Of a stretch of DNA of 64,000 nt, positions 1 through 8,632 are shown piece after piece. Source of the DNA: Candidatus Aenigmatarchaeota archaeon (lineage in GTDB: Archaea; Aenigmatarchaeota; Aenigmatarchaeia; QMZS01); NCBI GenBank assembly GCA_023134135.1, contig JAGLVB010000003.1, forward strand, positions 98,218 to 162,217, given 5' to 3'. Position numbers and translations under genes: made by a program. Within the stretch, counting starts at the first letter, position 1, and every line of letters begins with the position of its first letter. The notes below the pieces were generated by a model. That model worked only from the letters and a program-made list of their open reading frames with translations. It was not told the DNA's origin and ran no database searches.

Positions 1-2
1 AA

Positions 3-170
3 TACAGGAAAAGATTGCCGTTAAAAGAAGTTTATATTAATAGAATTATCGAACTTGGAAAAAGAAAGAAGATAGCTTTGTTGTGCTATGAAAAAGACCC
101 TGAGTTCTGTCATAGAGGACAGATAGCGAATGCGGTAAGACATAAAAAATATGGGGTGGTGGATTTATGA
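3..170 (+). CDS. DUF488-family protein, C-terminal part (5' end outside window)
   Basis: Frame is open from the window edge to TGA at 168-170. Translation ...KIALLCYEKDPEFCHRGQIANAV... carries the LLC-x-E...CHR signature I associate with DUF488. Confidence 0.55.
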   Translation, partial: YRKRLPLKEVYINRIIELGKRKKIALLCYEKDPEFCHRGQIANAVRHKKYGVVDL

Positions 171-222
171 TGCAAAATGAATCTTTTTGGCTAAAGGATA
201 TGATTGTATTGGGGTGGAGTAT

Positions 223-1806
223 ATGTGGTTTAAGAGAATGAAAACAATAAGGGATATAAATGCAGAAGATGTACAGGATTTATTTGACAGCGCTATTTAT
301 CTAAAGGGCGAAGAGTATTTTGAGGATGGTTGTGTAATGTCTATAGAGTTGATTGATGCAGGCACAATAACCGGTATTGTAAGCGGCAATCAAAATTACA
401 ATGTTTCTGTTTCAATTGATGCTGATGGAGATCTTGCCTGCAACTGTTCTTGTCCGTGCGACTTTAACTGCAAACATGCCGCCGCATTGTTGCTAAAGTG
501 GCTTTCAGTTAAAAAGAAATACAATAAAAAATCTGTTAAAGCATCTCCAAAACAATCAATAAACCAGATACTCAATGAAAAAAGTAAAGAAGAATTAATT
601 GAACTTTTAGAGACATTTATCAATAAACACTCTGAGTTAAAATCCTTGGTTAAAATAGAAAGAGAAGAAATAATTTCAGAAATAAAATTATTGTTTTCAA
701 AATACTGGGAGTGGAACGAAGTAGGCGATCTTATCTCCAAGCTGGAAATCATCTTTGAAGGCATTAGAAAAAATAAAAATTCGTGGGATAAAAACTTGCT
801 GAATGACATAGAAATCAGTTCCATGATTATGATTAACAATATTGAAAATGTTGATGATGAAGGTGATTTAGGTATATTCCTTGAAGACTGGTTTGAAACT
901 TTCGGGGAAATATTTTCAAAAACAAAACCAGATATTAAAGAGAAAAAAGAATTCATACAAAAGATTCTTGATTGGATAAATAAAGATGATTATGGTTTTG
1001 ATGATAGTTATGAAAGGGCGTTACTTGGAATGTGCAATACTGAAGAGGATATAATATTAATTAAGAAGTTTATGAATCAAAAAGAGTCTGAATATTATAA
1101 TAAAGATGATAGGGCCTCTTTTTATCTTGAATTATATGATAAAATTGGCATGGATGATAAATATGTAGAAGTTGCTGAACAATCAGGATTATCTCTTGCC
1201 CTCATTGATAAATTGATTTCACTTAACAGATTAAACGAAGCATTGAAGACCTGTGAAAAAAACAACAAAAAAGAATTTTCAGAGCAAATTGAAAATAAGA
1301 AAATAGAGATATTGAAAAAGTTAGGTAAAGGGAAGGAAATTAAAGAAACCCTATCAAATCTGTTAAAGAAAACAGGCGATTTCAGTTATTTTGTAAAATT
1401 AAAACAGGAATCATCAAAAAAAGAGTGGATAAAATACTTTAAAGAAGCCGTATCTGACGCAAAAAGTAAAAAGAGATTTATTCTTCTTTCAAGGATTTAT
1501 TATCATGAAGGTGACTTCAAAAAAGCCTATGAATATTCTAAAACCCTGACTGATTTAAATTATTTAGAATTATTGGCAAAAAAACTAAGCGCTAAATATC
1601 CTGAATTAGCTTGCAATTTATTCAGGAAAATGTGTTTTGATTGGATTGATTCAGGCTCTGGATGGCCTTACAGAAAAGCCGGCAATATGCTTGAAGCCAT
1701 TAAAAAATTAGATAAAAATGGAGAATTCTTCAAAGAAACAAAGGAAGAAATAATCAGGAAACATAAGAAAAAATGGTCTCTAATGAAAATCATAGAGAAT
1801 GTTTAA
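223..1806 (+). CDS. SWIM zinc-finger domain protein with long helical C-terminal region
   Basis: Track ORF 187..1806 starts on TTG; the first in-frame ATG is at 223 (another at 238). CNCSCPCDFNCKHAAALLL fits the CxCxnCxH SWIM signature. The rest is Lys/Glu-rich and helical. Confidence 0.65.
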   Translation: MWFKRMKTIRDINAEDVQDLFDSAIYLKGEEYFEDGCVMSIELIDAGTITGIVSGNQNYNVSVSIDADGDLACNCSCPCDFNCKHAAALLLKWLSVKKKYNKKSVKASPKQSINQILNEKSKEELIELLETFINKHSELKSLVKIEREEIISEIKLLFSKYWEWNEVGDLISKLEIIFEGIRKNKNSWDKNLLNDIEISSMIMINNIENVDDEGDLGIFLEDWFETFGEIFSKTKPDIKEKKEFIQKILDWINKDDYGFDDSYERALLGMCNTEEDIILIKKFMNQKESEYYNKDDRASFYLELYDKIGMDDKYVEVAEQSGLSLALIDKLISLNRLNEALKTCEKNNKKEFSEQIENKKIEILKKLGKGKEIKETLSNLLKKTGDFSYFVKLKQESSKKEWIKYFKEAVSDAKSKKRFILLSRIYYHEGDFKKAYEYSKTLTDLNYLELLAKKLSAKYPELACNLFRKMCFDWIDSGSGWPYRKAGNMLEAIKKLDKNGEFFKETKEEIIRKHKKKWSLMKIIENV

Positions 1807-1869
1807 AGAAATGGGCAAAGGAGCAGGCAGCTTATTTAAAAACAAATAAGCATAAGTGTTTTCATATAG

Positions 1870-3213
1870 ATGAAATTAATTATTATGGATACAAAACAAT
1901 TAAATTTAGTTCTTGAAGAAGGGGAAGGGCAGTATATAGAATTCAAGGAAAGGTTAGATAAGAAATTCGCAAAAGAGATTGTTGCGTTTACAAATGCTTC
2001 AGGCGGTCAGATATTTTTAGGAATAGGTGATGGTGGCAAAATCAAAGGGGTTGACATCACAAACAACCTTAAATCTAAAATTACAGACCTCGCAAAAAAC
2101 TGCGATCCTTTTATATCTTTGGAGATTGAATCTTATAAAAACCTGCTTATAATAACTGTTCCTGAAGGAGATAATAAACCTTATCAATGTTCAGATGGTT
2201 TCTTTATGAGAATAGGTCCTAATTCACAGAAACTTGACCGCAACCAGATACTTGAACTAAGTATAAAAGAAGGTAAAATTAGGTTTGATGAGCAGATATG
2301 CGTTGATTTTGATTGGAAAGATTTTGATGATGAAAAATTTGAATATTTCCTGAGACTTGCGGGAATTTCATATAATCTTGACAGGAAATATATTTTATCT
2401 AATTTAAAATTGCTTACAGACAAAGGCATGACAAATGCGGGTATGTTGTTTTTTGCAAAAAATCCATTCAAATATATATTCACTTCCAAGATAAGGTGCG
2501 TGACTTTCAGGGATGATGATAGAGTGGATATCCTTGATAAAAAAGAGGTTGATAAAGGAATCATTGGGAATATAGAATATGCCACCAATTATCTAAAAGA
2601 GCATGTTGATGTCAGGTTTGAGATAAAAGGAATTAAACGGATTGAACACCCTGAGTATCCGCAAGAGGCATACCGTGAGGCAATAGTAAATGCAGTAATA
2701 CACAGGGATTATTCTGAAACCGGGGAGGTTGCAGTTGAAAAACTCAGAAGCGGAATAGTTATCAACAACCCGGGCGGGTTGATTAGTTCATTGCCTAAAG
2801 AAAAATTTGGAAAAATAAGCAGACCAAGAAACAGGCTTCTTGCAAATATATTATCAAAAACAATGTTTATGGAAAAAGTAGGCACTGGTATCAGGAGAAT
2901 AAGGACTGACTGCAAAGAAAATAATAATTCTGTTGAACTCAGTTTTGACCAATATAATTTTTTTGTAAGTATTGGTTCTAATAAGAAGTACCCAGAAAAG
3001 TACCCAGAAAAGTACCCAGAAAAATTGAGCGATACTCAGTTAAAAATACTCAAGTTGATAAAACAAGATAATGCTCTGACAAGAGATAAAATGGCAAAAA
3101 AGCTGAATTTAAGTGAAAGTTCGATTAAGAAGAATCTTAAATTGTTAAAACAAAAAAATATTTTATATCGTATTGGCTCTGACCGAGCAGGATATTGGAA
3201 GATAAAAGATTAA
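1870..3213 (+). CDS. AlbA_2 (Schlafen-like) + HATPase_c_4 + C-terminal wHTH protein (family often annotated RecG-like helicase / putative transcriptional regulator)
   Basis: N-terminal EGEGQYIEFKERL box, central REAIVNAVIHRDY box, and a C-terminal wHTH (LSESSIKKNLKLLKQKNILYRIGS). Contains an in-frame KYPE x3 repeat. Confidence 0.7.
   Translation: MKLIIMDTKQLNLVLEEGEGQYIEFKERLDKKFAKEIVAFTNASGGQIFLGIGDGGKIKGVDITNNLKSKITDLAKNCDPFISLEIESYKNLLIITVPEGDNKPYQCSDGFFMRIGPNSQKLDRNQILELSIKEGKIRFDEQICVDFDWKDFDDEKFEYFLRLAGISYNLDRKYILSNLKLLTDKGMTNAGMLFFAKNPFKYIFTSKIRCVTFRDDDRVDILDKKEVDKGIIGNIEYATNYLKEHVDVRFEIKGIKRIEHPEYPQEAYREAIVNAVIHRDYSETGEVAVEKLRSGIVINNPGGLISSLPKEKFGKISRPRNRLLANILSKTMFMEKVGTGIRRIRTDCKENNNSVELSFDQYNFFVSIGSNKKYPEKYPEKYPEKLSDTQLKILKLIKQDNALTRDKMAKKLNLSESSIKKNLKLLKQKNILYRIGSDRAGYWKIKD
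2988..3023 (+). repeat. Perfect 12-bp tandem repeat x3 (gtacccagaaaa), in frame (KYPE x3)
   Basis: Read directly: gtacccagaaaa gtacccagaaaa gtacccagaaaa. Confidence 0.95.
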
Positions 3214-3263
3214 TAAAACAGAAATATTGAATGATACAACCTGTAAAGAAAATAGCAGGATGA

Positions 3264-3449
3264 CTACAAAAAGAGTATATTGAGTTGGTAGAAGTCTCGC
3301 AGAAGACAGCAAAAAGAGATTTATCTGATTTAAAAGACAAGAGAATTATCTTATATATAGGGTCGGCGAAGACAGGTTATTATATATTAAATGACCTTGT
3401 AAATGACCTTGTAAATGACCTTGTAAATGACCTTGTAAAAAGTGATTGA
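3264..3449 (+). pseudogene. Start-less remnant of a wHTH C-terminus resembling the tail of the upstream AlbA_2/HATPase_c_4 gene
   Basis: Frame opens after TGA at 3261-3263, has no ATG, and ends at TGA 3447-3449. Translation: LQKEYIELVEVSQKTAKRDLSDLKDKRIILYIGSAKTGYYILNDLVNDLVNDLVNDLVKSD. Its architecture parallels ...LLKQKNILYRIGSDRAGYWKIKD of the upstream gene. Confidence 0.5.
3390..3437 (+). repeat. Perfect 12-bp tandem repeat x4 (aatgaccttgta), NDLV x4 in the remnant frame
   Basis: Read directly. The minus-strand track ORF 3346..3531 (GHLQ x4) is its antisense shadow. Confidence 0.95.
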
Positions 3450-3547
3450 AAATGGGTTGTGTTTTGTTAGGAATCTGATAAATAAAAGGTTTAATGAAAT
3501 ATAAATAATTGAAATTATGGTAGAGAAACAATTAGAGGATAATAAAT

Positions 3548-6271
3548 ATGTTTGATAAAGAAAAAGCCAAAGAACAAGTAAAAATTCTTGTTGATAAATA
3601 CAACCGAGTTGCTGAAGCAGGCAAATTAAAGAGATATAAAGAAGAAGACACTAAAGCAGAATTTATTGAACCCTTATTTGAAGCATTGGGTTGGGATGTC
3701 AGAAATATAACCCATGATGACGAAGTTACAAGAGAAGATAAAGTATCTCGTGGAAGAGTGGATTATGCGTTTAGAATAGATGGAATTCCTAAATTATTTC
3801 TGGAAGCCAAAGCTATTAAAGAAGATTTAGAGAAAATTAAATTTGCTGAACAGGCAATTAACTATGCGTGGCATAAAGGAGCGACATGGGCGGTCTTGAC
3901 TGATTTTGAAGGTGTAATGGTTTTTAATGCAGAATGGAAATCTGTTAATCCCTTGCGAGATAGGCTTTTTTACATTAAATATGATGAATTTTTAGATAAA
4001 TTTGATCAACTTCTCCTATTGTCAAGAGAAAGTTTAGAAAAAGGATTACTTGATAAAGAAGCTGAAAAATGGGGTAAAAAAGCTAAAAAAATTCCAGTGG
4101 ATAAACAACTTCTTAGTGATTTGACTAAATTTAGAGAATTGCTTACAAAAAACATTTTGAAAAATAATCCTTCACGAAATTTATCTGGTGATGAATTGGA
4201 TGAAGTAGTCCAAAGAATTTTGGACAGGTTAATATTTATCAGAACTCTTGAAGATAAACAACTGGAAGCACCTGTCTTACAGGCTTTAATTAGAGAAGAT
4301 AAACACAAACGAGTTTATAAAAAACTCAGTTTATTGTTTAGTGAAATAAATGAGATTTACAATAGCAAATTATTTGCACATCATCTTTGTCAGGAATTAG
4401 TTATAGATGATGAAGTTTTAGAGAAAATAATTCATGGTTTGTTTAAAACATGCGATAACACAGTTCATTATGATTTTGGAGTTATTGATGCTGATGTCCT
4501 TGGTAATATTTACGAACAATATTTAGGACATATTCTTAAGAAAACGGATAAAAGAGCAAAACTTGCGGATGGAAAAACACACCGAAAAGAACAAGGAATT
4601 TATTATACTCCAACTTATGTAGTAGACTATATTGTTAAAAATACTGTTGGGGAACTGGCGAAAAGTAAAAAATTTGATTTGAAGAATATTAAGATTTTAG
4701 ACCCTGCATGCGGTTCAGGTTCTTTTTTGATGAAAGCATTTGATTATCTTGTTGCGTTGGATAAAAAAAGAAACAAAAACACAGACCAGACAAAACTTGA
4801 TTTGTCTGGCACTTCTGCAACCTATGGGAGAAAAATTGAGATATTGAAAAACAATATATTTGGGGTTGACTTAGACTCAAAAGCAACAGAAATTGCCCAA
4901 CTTAATTTGTTATTGAAAGCCGCTGAAAAAAAACACAGGTTGCCAACATTGCAGGAAAATATTAAAGTTGGGAATAGTTTAATTGATGATTCTGAAATTG
5001 CAGGAAATAAGGCTTTTAAGTGGAATGAAGAATTTGGAGAAATTATGGATGATAATGGGTTTGATGTTGTGATTGGAAATCCTCCTTATGTTTTTACAAG
5101 GGATGTTGAGTTCCTTGATGCTTTTAAAGAATATATTAAAAGCAATTATTTTAAAGGATATGATACCAGTTCAAAAAGTCATGCAAAACAAGCGGGTAAA
5201 GTAAATTTATATGCAGTATTTCTAATAAAAAGTATTTTATTGTTGAAAGAAAGAGGTCTTTTTGGATTTATAATACCTAATAATTTACTCAGAACCACCA
5301 CATATGATATTATTAGAAAATTCATATTAGATAACTGTAAGATTATTCAAATAGTGGATTTAGGTAGTGGTGTTTTTGAGGGAGTTACCGCTTCAACGAT
5401 AATACTTATTTTACAAAAAGAAGGCAGTGAAACTAAGAGAAATAAAAACAAAGTTATAATATATCCGGATATCAATAATTTATCAAACAAAAAAGAAATT
5501 GAACAAAAAGATTTCTTAGAGAATACAAGTTATACATTTAACATCACACTTGGTAAAAATGAAAGGACAATATTTGGTACAATAGAAAAAAATTCAATTT
5601 CATTGGGAAAAGAGACAAAATATATTATAGAAGGTATTGTTGGAAGTCGAAAAAAAGATGTTGTCGATTCACCGATTGATGATAAATGTAAAAAATTCTT
5701 AGTAGGTAAAGATATAGGTAGATATAAACTTGATTATAAGGATAAATATATTATTTACGATAGGGACAGATTACATCGGGCAAGACCCGAAGAAGTATTT
5801 ACATCTAATAAAATAATTATTCAAAGAATAAGTGGAGGGTGCATGCCATTAAGATGCGTTTTAGATAAGAAGAAATATTATACTTTTGCATCAACCAATC
5901 TTTTACTTTTAGGAGAAAACTCTAAATTTGATTTAATTTATGTAATGGCATTATTAAATTCAAAATTAATTAATTGGTATTATGTGAATAAATTTACTAA
6001 TAAATCAACCTTGACTGTAAATATTTCTAAAACCTTTTTGGAACAAATTCCAATTAAAAATATTTCAAAATTAGAGCAGAAAATAATTATTGAATTGGCA
6101 AACAAGATGCTCTCTATTAATGAAGATTTGATTAAACTGAAGAACAAAACAACAGATGAAAAAGCCAGATTAGAAAAAGAAGCTGAAAAAGTAGATAAAG
6201 AAATAGATAGAGAAGTTTATAAGATTTATGGTCTGACCAAAGACGAGATTAAGATTATTGAGGAAAAATGA
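3548..6271 (+). CDS. Type IIG restriction-modification enzyme (N-terminal PD-(D/E)xK nuclease fused to gamma-class N6-adenine DNA methyltransferase and specificity region)
   Basis: N-terminus EEDTKAEFIEPLFEALGWDV...GRVDYAF...LEAKA resembles an HsdR-N/Mrr-like nuclease core. DPACGSGSFL is SAM motif I and VIGNPPYV is motif IV. Long C-terminal TRD-like region; 907 aa in one polypeptide. Confidence 0.8.
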   Translation: MFDKEKAKEQVKILVDKYNRVAEAGKLKRYKEEDTKAEFIEPLFEALGWDVRNITHDDEVTREDKVSRGRVDYAFRIDGIPKLFLEAKAIKEDLEKIKFAEQAINYAWHKGATWAVLTDFEGVMVFNAEWKSVNPLRDRLFYIKYDEFLDKFDQLLLLSRESLEKGLLDKEAEKWGKKAKKIPVDKQLLSDLTKFRELLTKNILKNNPSRNLSGDELDEVVQRILDRLIFIRTLEDKQLEAPVLQALIREDKHKRVYKKLSLLFSEINEIYNSKLFAHHLCQELVIDDEVLEKIIHGLFKTCDNTVHYDFGVIDADVLGNIYEQYLGHILKKTDKRAKLADGKTHRKEQGIYYTPTYVVDYIVKNTVGELAKSKKFDLKNIKILDPACGSGSFLMKAFDYLVALDKKRNKNTDQTKLDLSGTSATYGRKIEILKNNIFGVDLDSKATEIAQLNLLLKAAEKKHRLPTLQENIKVGNSLIDDSEIAGNKAFKWNEEFGEIMDDNGFDVVIGNPPYVFTRDVEFLDAFKEYIKSNYFKGYDTSSKSHAKQAGKVNLYAVFLIKSILLLKERGLFGFIIPNNLLRTTTYDIIRKFILDNCKIIQIVDLGSGVFEGVTASTIILILQKEGSETKRNKNKVIIYPDINNLSNKKEIEQKDFLENTSYTFNITLGKNERTIFGTIEKNSISLGKETKYIIEGIVGSRKKDVVDSPIDDKCKKFLVGKDIGRYKLDYKDKYIIYDRDRLHRARPEEVFTSNKIIIQRISGGCMPLRCVLDKKKYYTFASTNLLLLGENSKFDLIYVMALLNSKLINWYYVNKFTNKSTLTVNISKTFLEQIPIKNISKLEQKIIIELANKMLSINEDLIKLKNKTTDEKARLEKEAEKVDKEIDREVYKIYGLTKDEIKIIEEK

Positions 6272-6363
6272 AATCGTTAAATTTAATTCGGGTAATTTGA
6301 CACAAAAGGATATAGAAGAATTTGAATAAGATCATTATATATAGATATAAAGGAGATTAATTA

Positions 6364-6630
6364 ATGAGATATCAAATAATATGTACTACGAGAAAAGAAA
6401 ATGATTCAATTGACAAATTAGGTTTTATTGAAGAAGGGAAATCTGAGGGTAAACCTACCCATATTGAGACTAAAGAAGCAATAAACCAAAGAATAAGATC
6501 GGGTGATAGTTTCTTTTTTACAGACGAAGCTGGAAAAGAAACTGAGGTAATTGCAGTCGAAGATGATTATGTTAAAACAAGTCCAGATAGTACAACGAAG
6601 AATAATTTGTTACATTTGAAAAAATGTTGA
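6364..6630 (+). CDS. DUF3892-like small protein
   Basis: 88 aa. The pattern ...INQRIRSGDSFFF...VKTSPDSTTKNNLLHL resembles the DUF3892 consensus as I recall it. Confidence 0.5.
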   Translation: MRYQIICTTRKENDSIDKLGFIEEGKSEGKPTHIETKEAINQRIRSGDSFFFTDEAGKETEVIAVEDDYVKTSPDSTTKNNLLHLKKC

Positions 6631-7118
6631 ATTTAGATTTTTTGTTTTTTAAATATTAATTAATATTCTTAACTGTATTACTTAAACTTTTTAATTGATT
6701 TGCTTTATTAGAAACTTCTGTAAGGTTTTAGCTGATTTGGCAGTAATTTTTAATAAATTGCAATTTTCTTCATTTAAACTTTTGCAAGATTCATCCACAA
6801 GTTGATTAATTTAATTGATATACCCCGGAGCAATAGTCTGAACGGTGTGTTTCTGTGTTTTATTAGTTCTTTGAGTTCCATTTAAATAGTTGGTTGAATT
6901 TTTAGGTAACTGGAATATTAGACCTGAGACTTGTTTTCAATTAATACCCTTTCTCAGAATGCAAAAAACTCTCAAAAATAGTGTTTGTTATATTAAAGAA
7001 AAAGGATTTAATTAGTGGTTTAATATCAGGCACATTGTTTATAAAGAATAAATCTTATTATTACGCTTTTCTGGGATATATTATTTAATAGAGGGAATAG
7101 TTATGTAGGTTATTTAAC

Positions 7119-7589
7119 ATGATTAAAAAAAGAGATTTTGAAAATTGGAGTAAAACTGAGTTGGTTAAAGAGATTAAAAAATCAGAGAAAAGAAAAAACC
7201 TATGGTGCTCTGTGAATAAACCTGAAAAAGAGTTTATGAACAAATATTTTGAACTTTGGCGAGATGAGAGAGGTTATACAATTTCGAGGTTAGGATTAAT
7301 ACTCAATAGTAATTCGATCCTGTTTTTAGGATATGTACTGATTAAGAATACTTGGTTGGGTGCTTATGTTGCTATTATTGGAATTGTAGCCAATATATTT
7401 TATTTTCTATTTTTTTGGGGGTTTGCAAAAAGAATGAAATATCTACAAAATAAAATTAAATCTCAAGAAGTTGGTGAATTTGCAAAGATATCAGTTAAAG
7501 GACGATGGGGATTCGTTCCGATGGTTATTATATTTGAATTAATATGGATTGGTTCGGTATTTTATACATTCTCAGGGGGTTTTATTTAA
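7119..7589 (+). CDS. Hypothetical membrane protein
   Basis: Three hydrophobic segments (ILFLGYVLI, AYVAIIGIVANIFYFLFFWGF, FVPMVIIFELIWIGSVFYTF). No family recognised. Confidence 0.5.
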   Translation: MIKKRDFENWSKTELVKEIKKSEKRKNLWCSVNKPEKEFMNKYFELWRDERGYTISRLGLILNSNSILFLGYVLIKNTWLGAYVAIIGIVANIFYFLFFWGFAKRMKYLQNKIKSQEVGEFAKISVKGRWGFVPMVIIFELIWIGSVFYTFSGGFI

Positions 7590-7624
7590 TGAATTAATAA
7601 AGCTATTATTTAAATACTCTAAAC

Positions 7625-7690
7625 TCACCTCAACAACAATTTAATTTCAACTAGTTTGTATTTCCATTTCTCAAGAATTTGTTGAGTTTT
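7625..7690 (-). pseudogene. Diverged duplicate of the 3' end of rps15 (last ~16 codons plus stop)
   Basis: The minus strand reads ...LEKWKYKLVEIKLLLR*. The intact rps15 ends PEKWKYKPAEVELLLR* at 10129. By my hand count about 41 of 52 nt are identical, including a 15-nt identical run tcacctcaacaacaa. Confidence 0.75.
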
Positions 7691-7774
7691 ATTTTAATAA
7701 TTGATTAGGTAAGTGGTTTTGTAGAAGTGCGTTAGGAGTATATCTTTTAAATCGTGCTTTTCCATATTGCTAAA

Positions 7775-8629
7775 TTAAACAGATAATGGATTATTCCCGT
7801 GGATTAATTTTTTACTGAAAAATAAAATTTCTTTTCCTTTTCTTGCCCTGTATGCTGAATGATTAAAAGAATATTTTTTCTTTCTTTTTATTGGAACCCA
7901 TTTATAAATATTTTCTATTTCTGGTGTGTTATCGTAAGAAACAATCCAATAAATGTTTTTTATTTTTTTTATTGCACTGGCCACTTCTTTGTGTTGATTA
8001 TCTTTATAGTGATTCATGTATAAAGTGGAACCCTTTAAATAATAAGGTGGATCAAAATAGAAAATAGTTTGTTTGTTATTTGATTCTTTTTGTATTTTTT
8101 TAACTAATTCCAAAGCATCAAGATTATAAAGGTTGATTTGTTTTTTATGTTTGGCTATTGCTTTAATTCTTCTTATTAGTTCTTTTTTATTAAAACGGCA
8201 ATCTATTTTATATTTTCCATTTTGCTTTAAGCCACCAATTACACCTGCATTTATAATTCCAGAAATGTTTGTTCTATTCAGGAAAAAAGTTGAAAACCCT
8301 AAATCTAAGAGTTCTGCATTTTTTTTATCTTTTTGGATATTTTTTGCTTTTTGCCAGTTTTCAATATTTATTTCGGTGCTTTTAATTAAATCACAAAGTT
8401 TTTTTGTATTTTTTAAAACAGAATGCCAAAAAGCAAAAACAGAACAATCATAATCGTTTATTGTAATTTTTTTAACTTTTTTTTCTAACAATAAATGTAA
8501 AGCTACTGAGGCACCTCCTGCATATGGTTCAACATAATGACTATTAATATTATTATCTAAACATATTTTTGCAATAAATTTTGATAATTTATTTTTTCCA
8601 CCAGGATATCTTAAAGGTGAATAGAACAT
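7775..8629 (-). CDS. dam: D12-class (Dam-like) N6-adenine DNA methyltransferase
   Basis: SPLRYPGGKNKL near the N-terminus, EPYAGGAS (SAM loop) and FYFDPPYY (motif IV). Confidence 0.85.
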   Translation of the reverse strand: MFYSPLRYPGGKNKLSKFIAKICLDNNINSHYVEPYAGGASVALHLLLEKKVKKITINDYDCSVFAFWHSVLKNTKKLCDLIKSTEINIENWQKAKNIQKDKKNAELLDLGFSTFFLNRTNISGIINAGVIGGLKQNGKYKIDCRFNKKELIRRIKAIAKHKKQINLYNLDALELVKKIQKESNNKQTIFYFDPPYYLKGSTLYMNHYKDNQHKEVASAIKKIKNIYWIVSYDNTPEIENIYKWVPIKRKKKYSFNHSAYRARKGKEILFFSKKLIHGNNPLSV

Positions 8630-8632
8630 AAT

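Noticed and set aside
396-956. Antisense track ORFs inside clearly coding genes, such as 396..956, 2184..2588, 4006..4308, 9276..9560, 11143..12096, 15134..15940, 30447..31021, 37195..37653 and 37868..38260.
   Set aside because: Each lies wholly within and opposite to a longer ORF with recognisable protein motifs. Their translations are low-complexity Ser/Leu/Phe/Ile-rich, as expected for shadow ORFs in AT-rich DNA.
3346-3531. Minus-strand ORF with GHLQ x4.
   Set aside because: It is simply the antisense reading of the aatgaccttgta x4 tandem repeat. The plus-strand frame shows a wHTH-like relic instead.
6652-6667. Perfect 16-bp palindrome aatattaattaatatt in the 480-bp gap after the DUF3892 gene.
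   Set aside because: It consists only of A and T within very AT-rich intergenic DNA. Such palindromes are expected by chance, and no partner motif or conserved context was seen.
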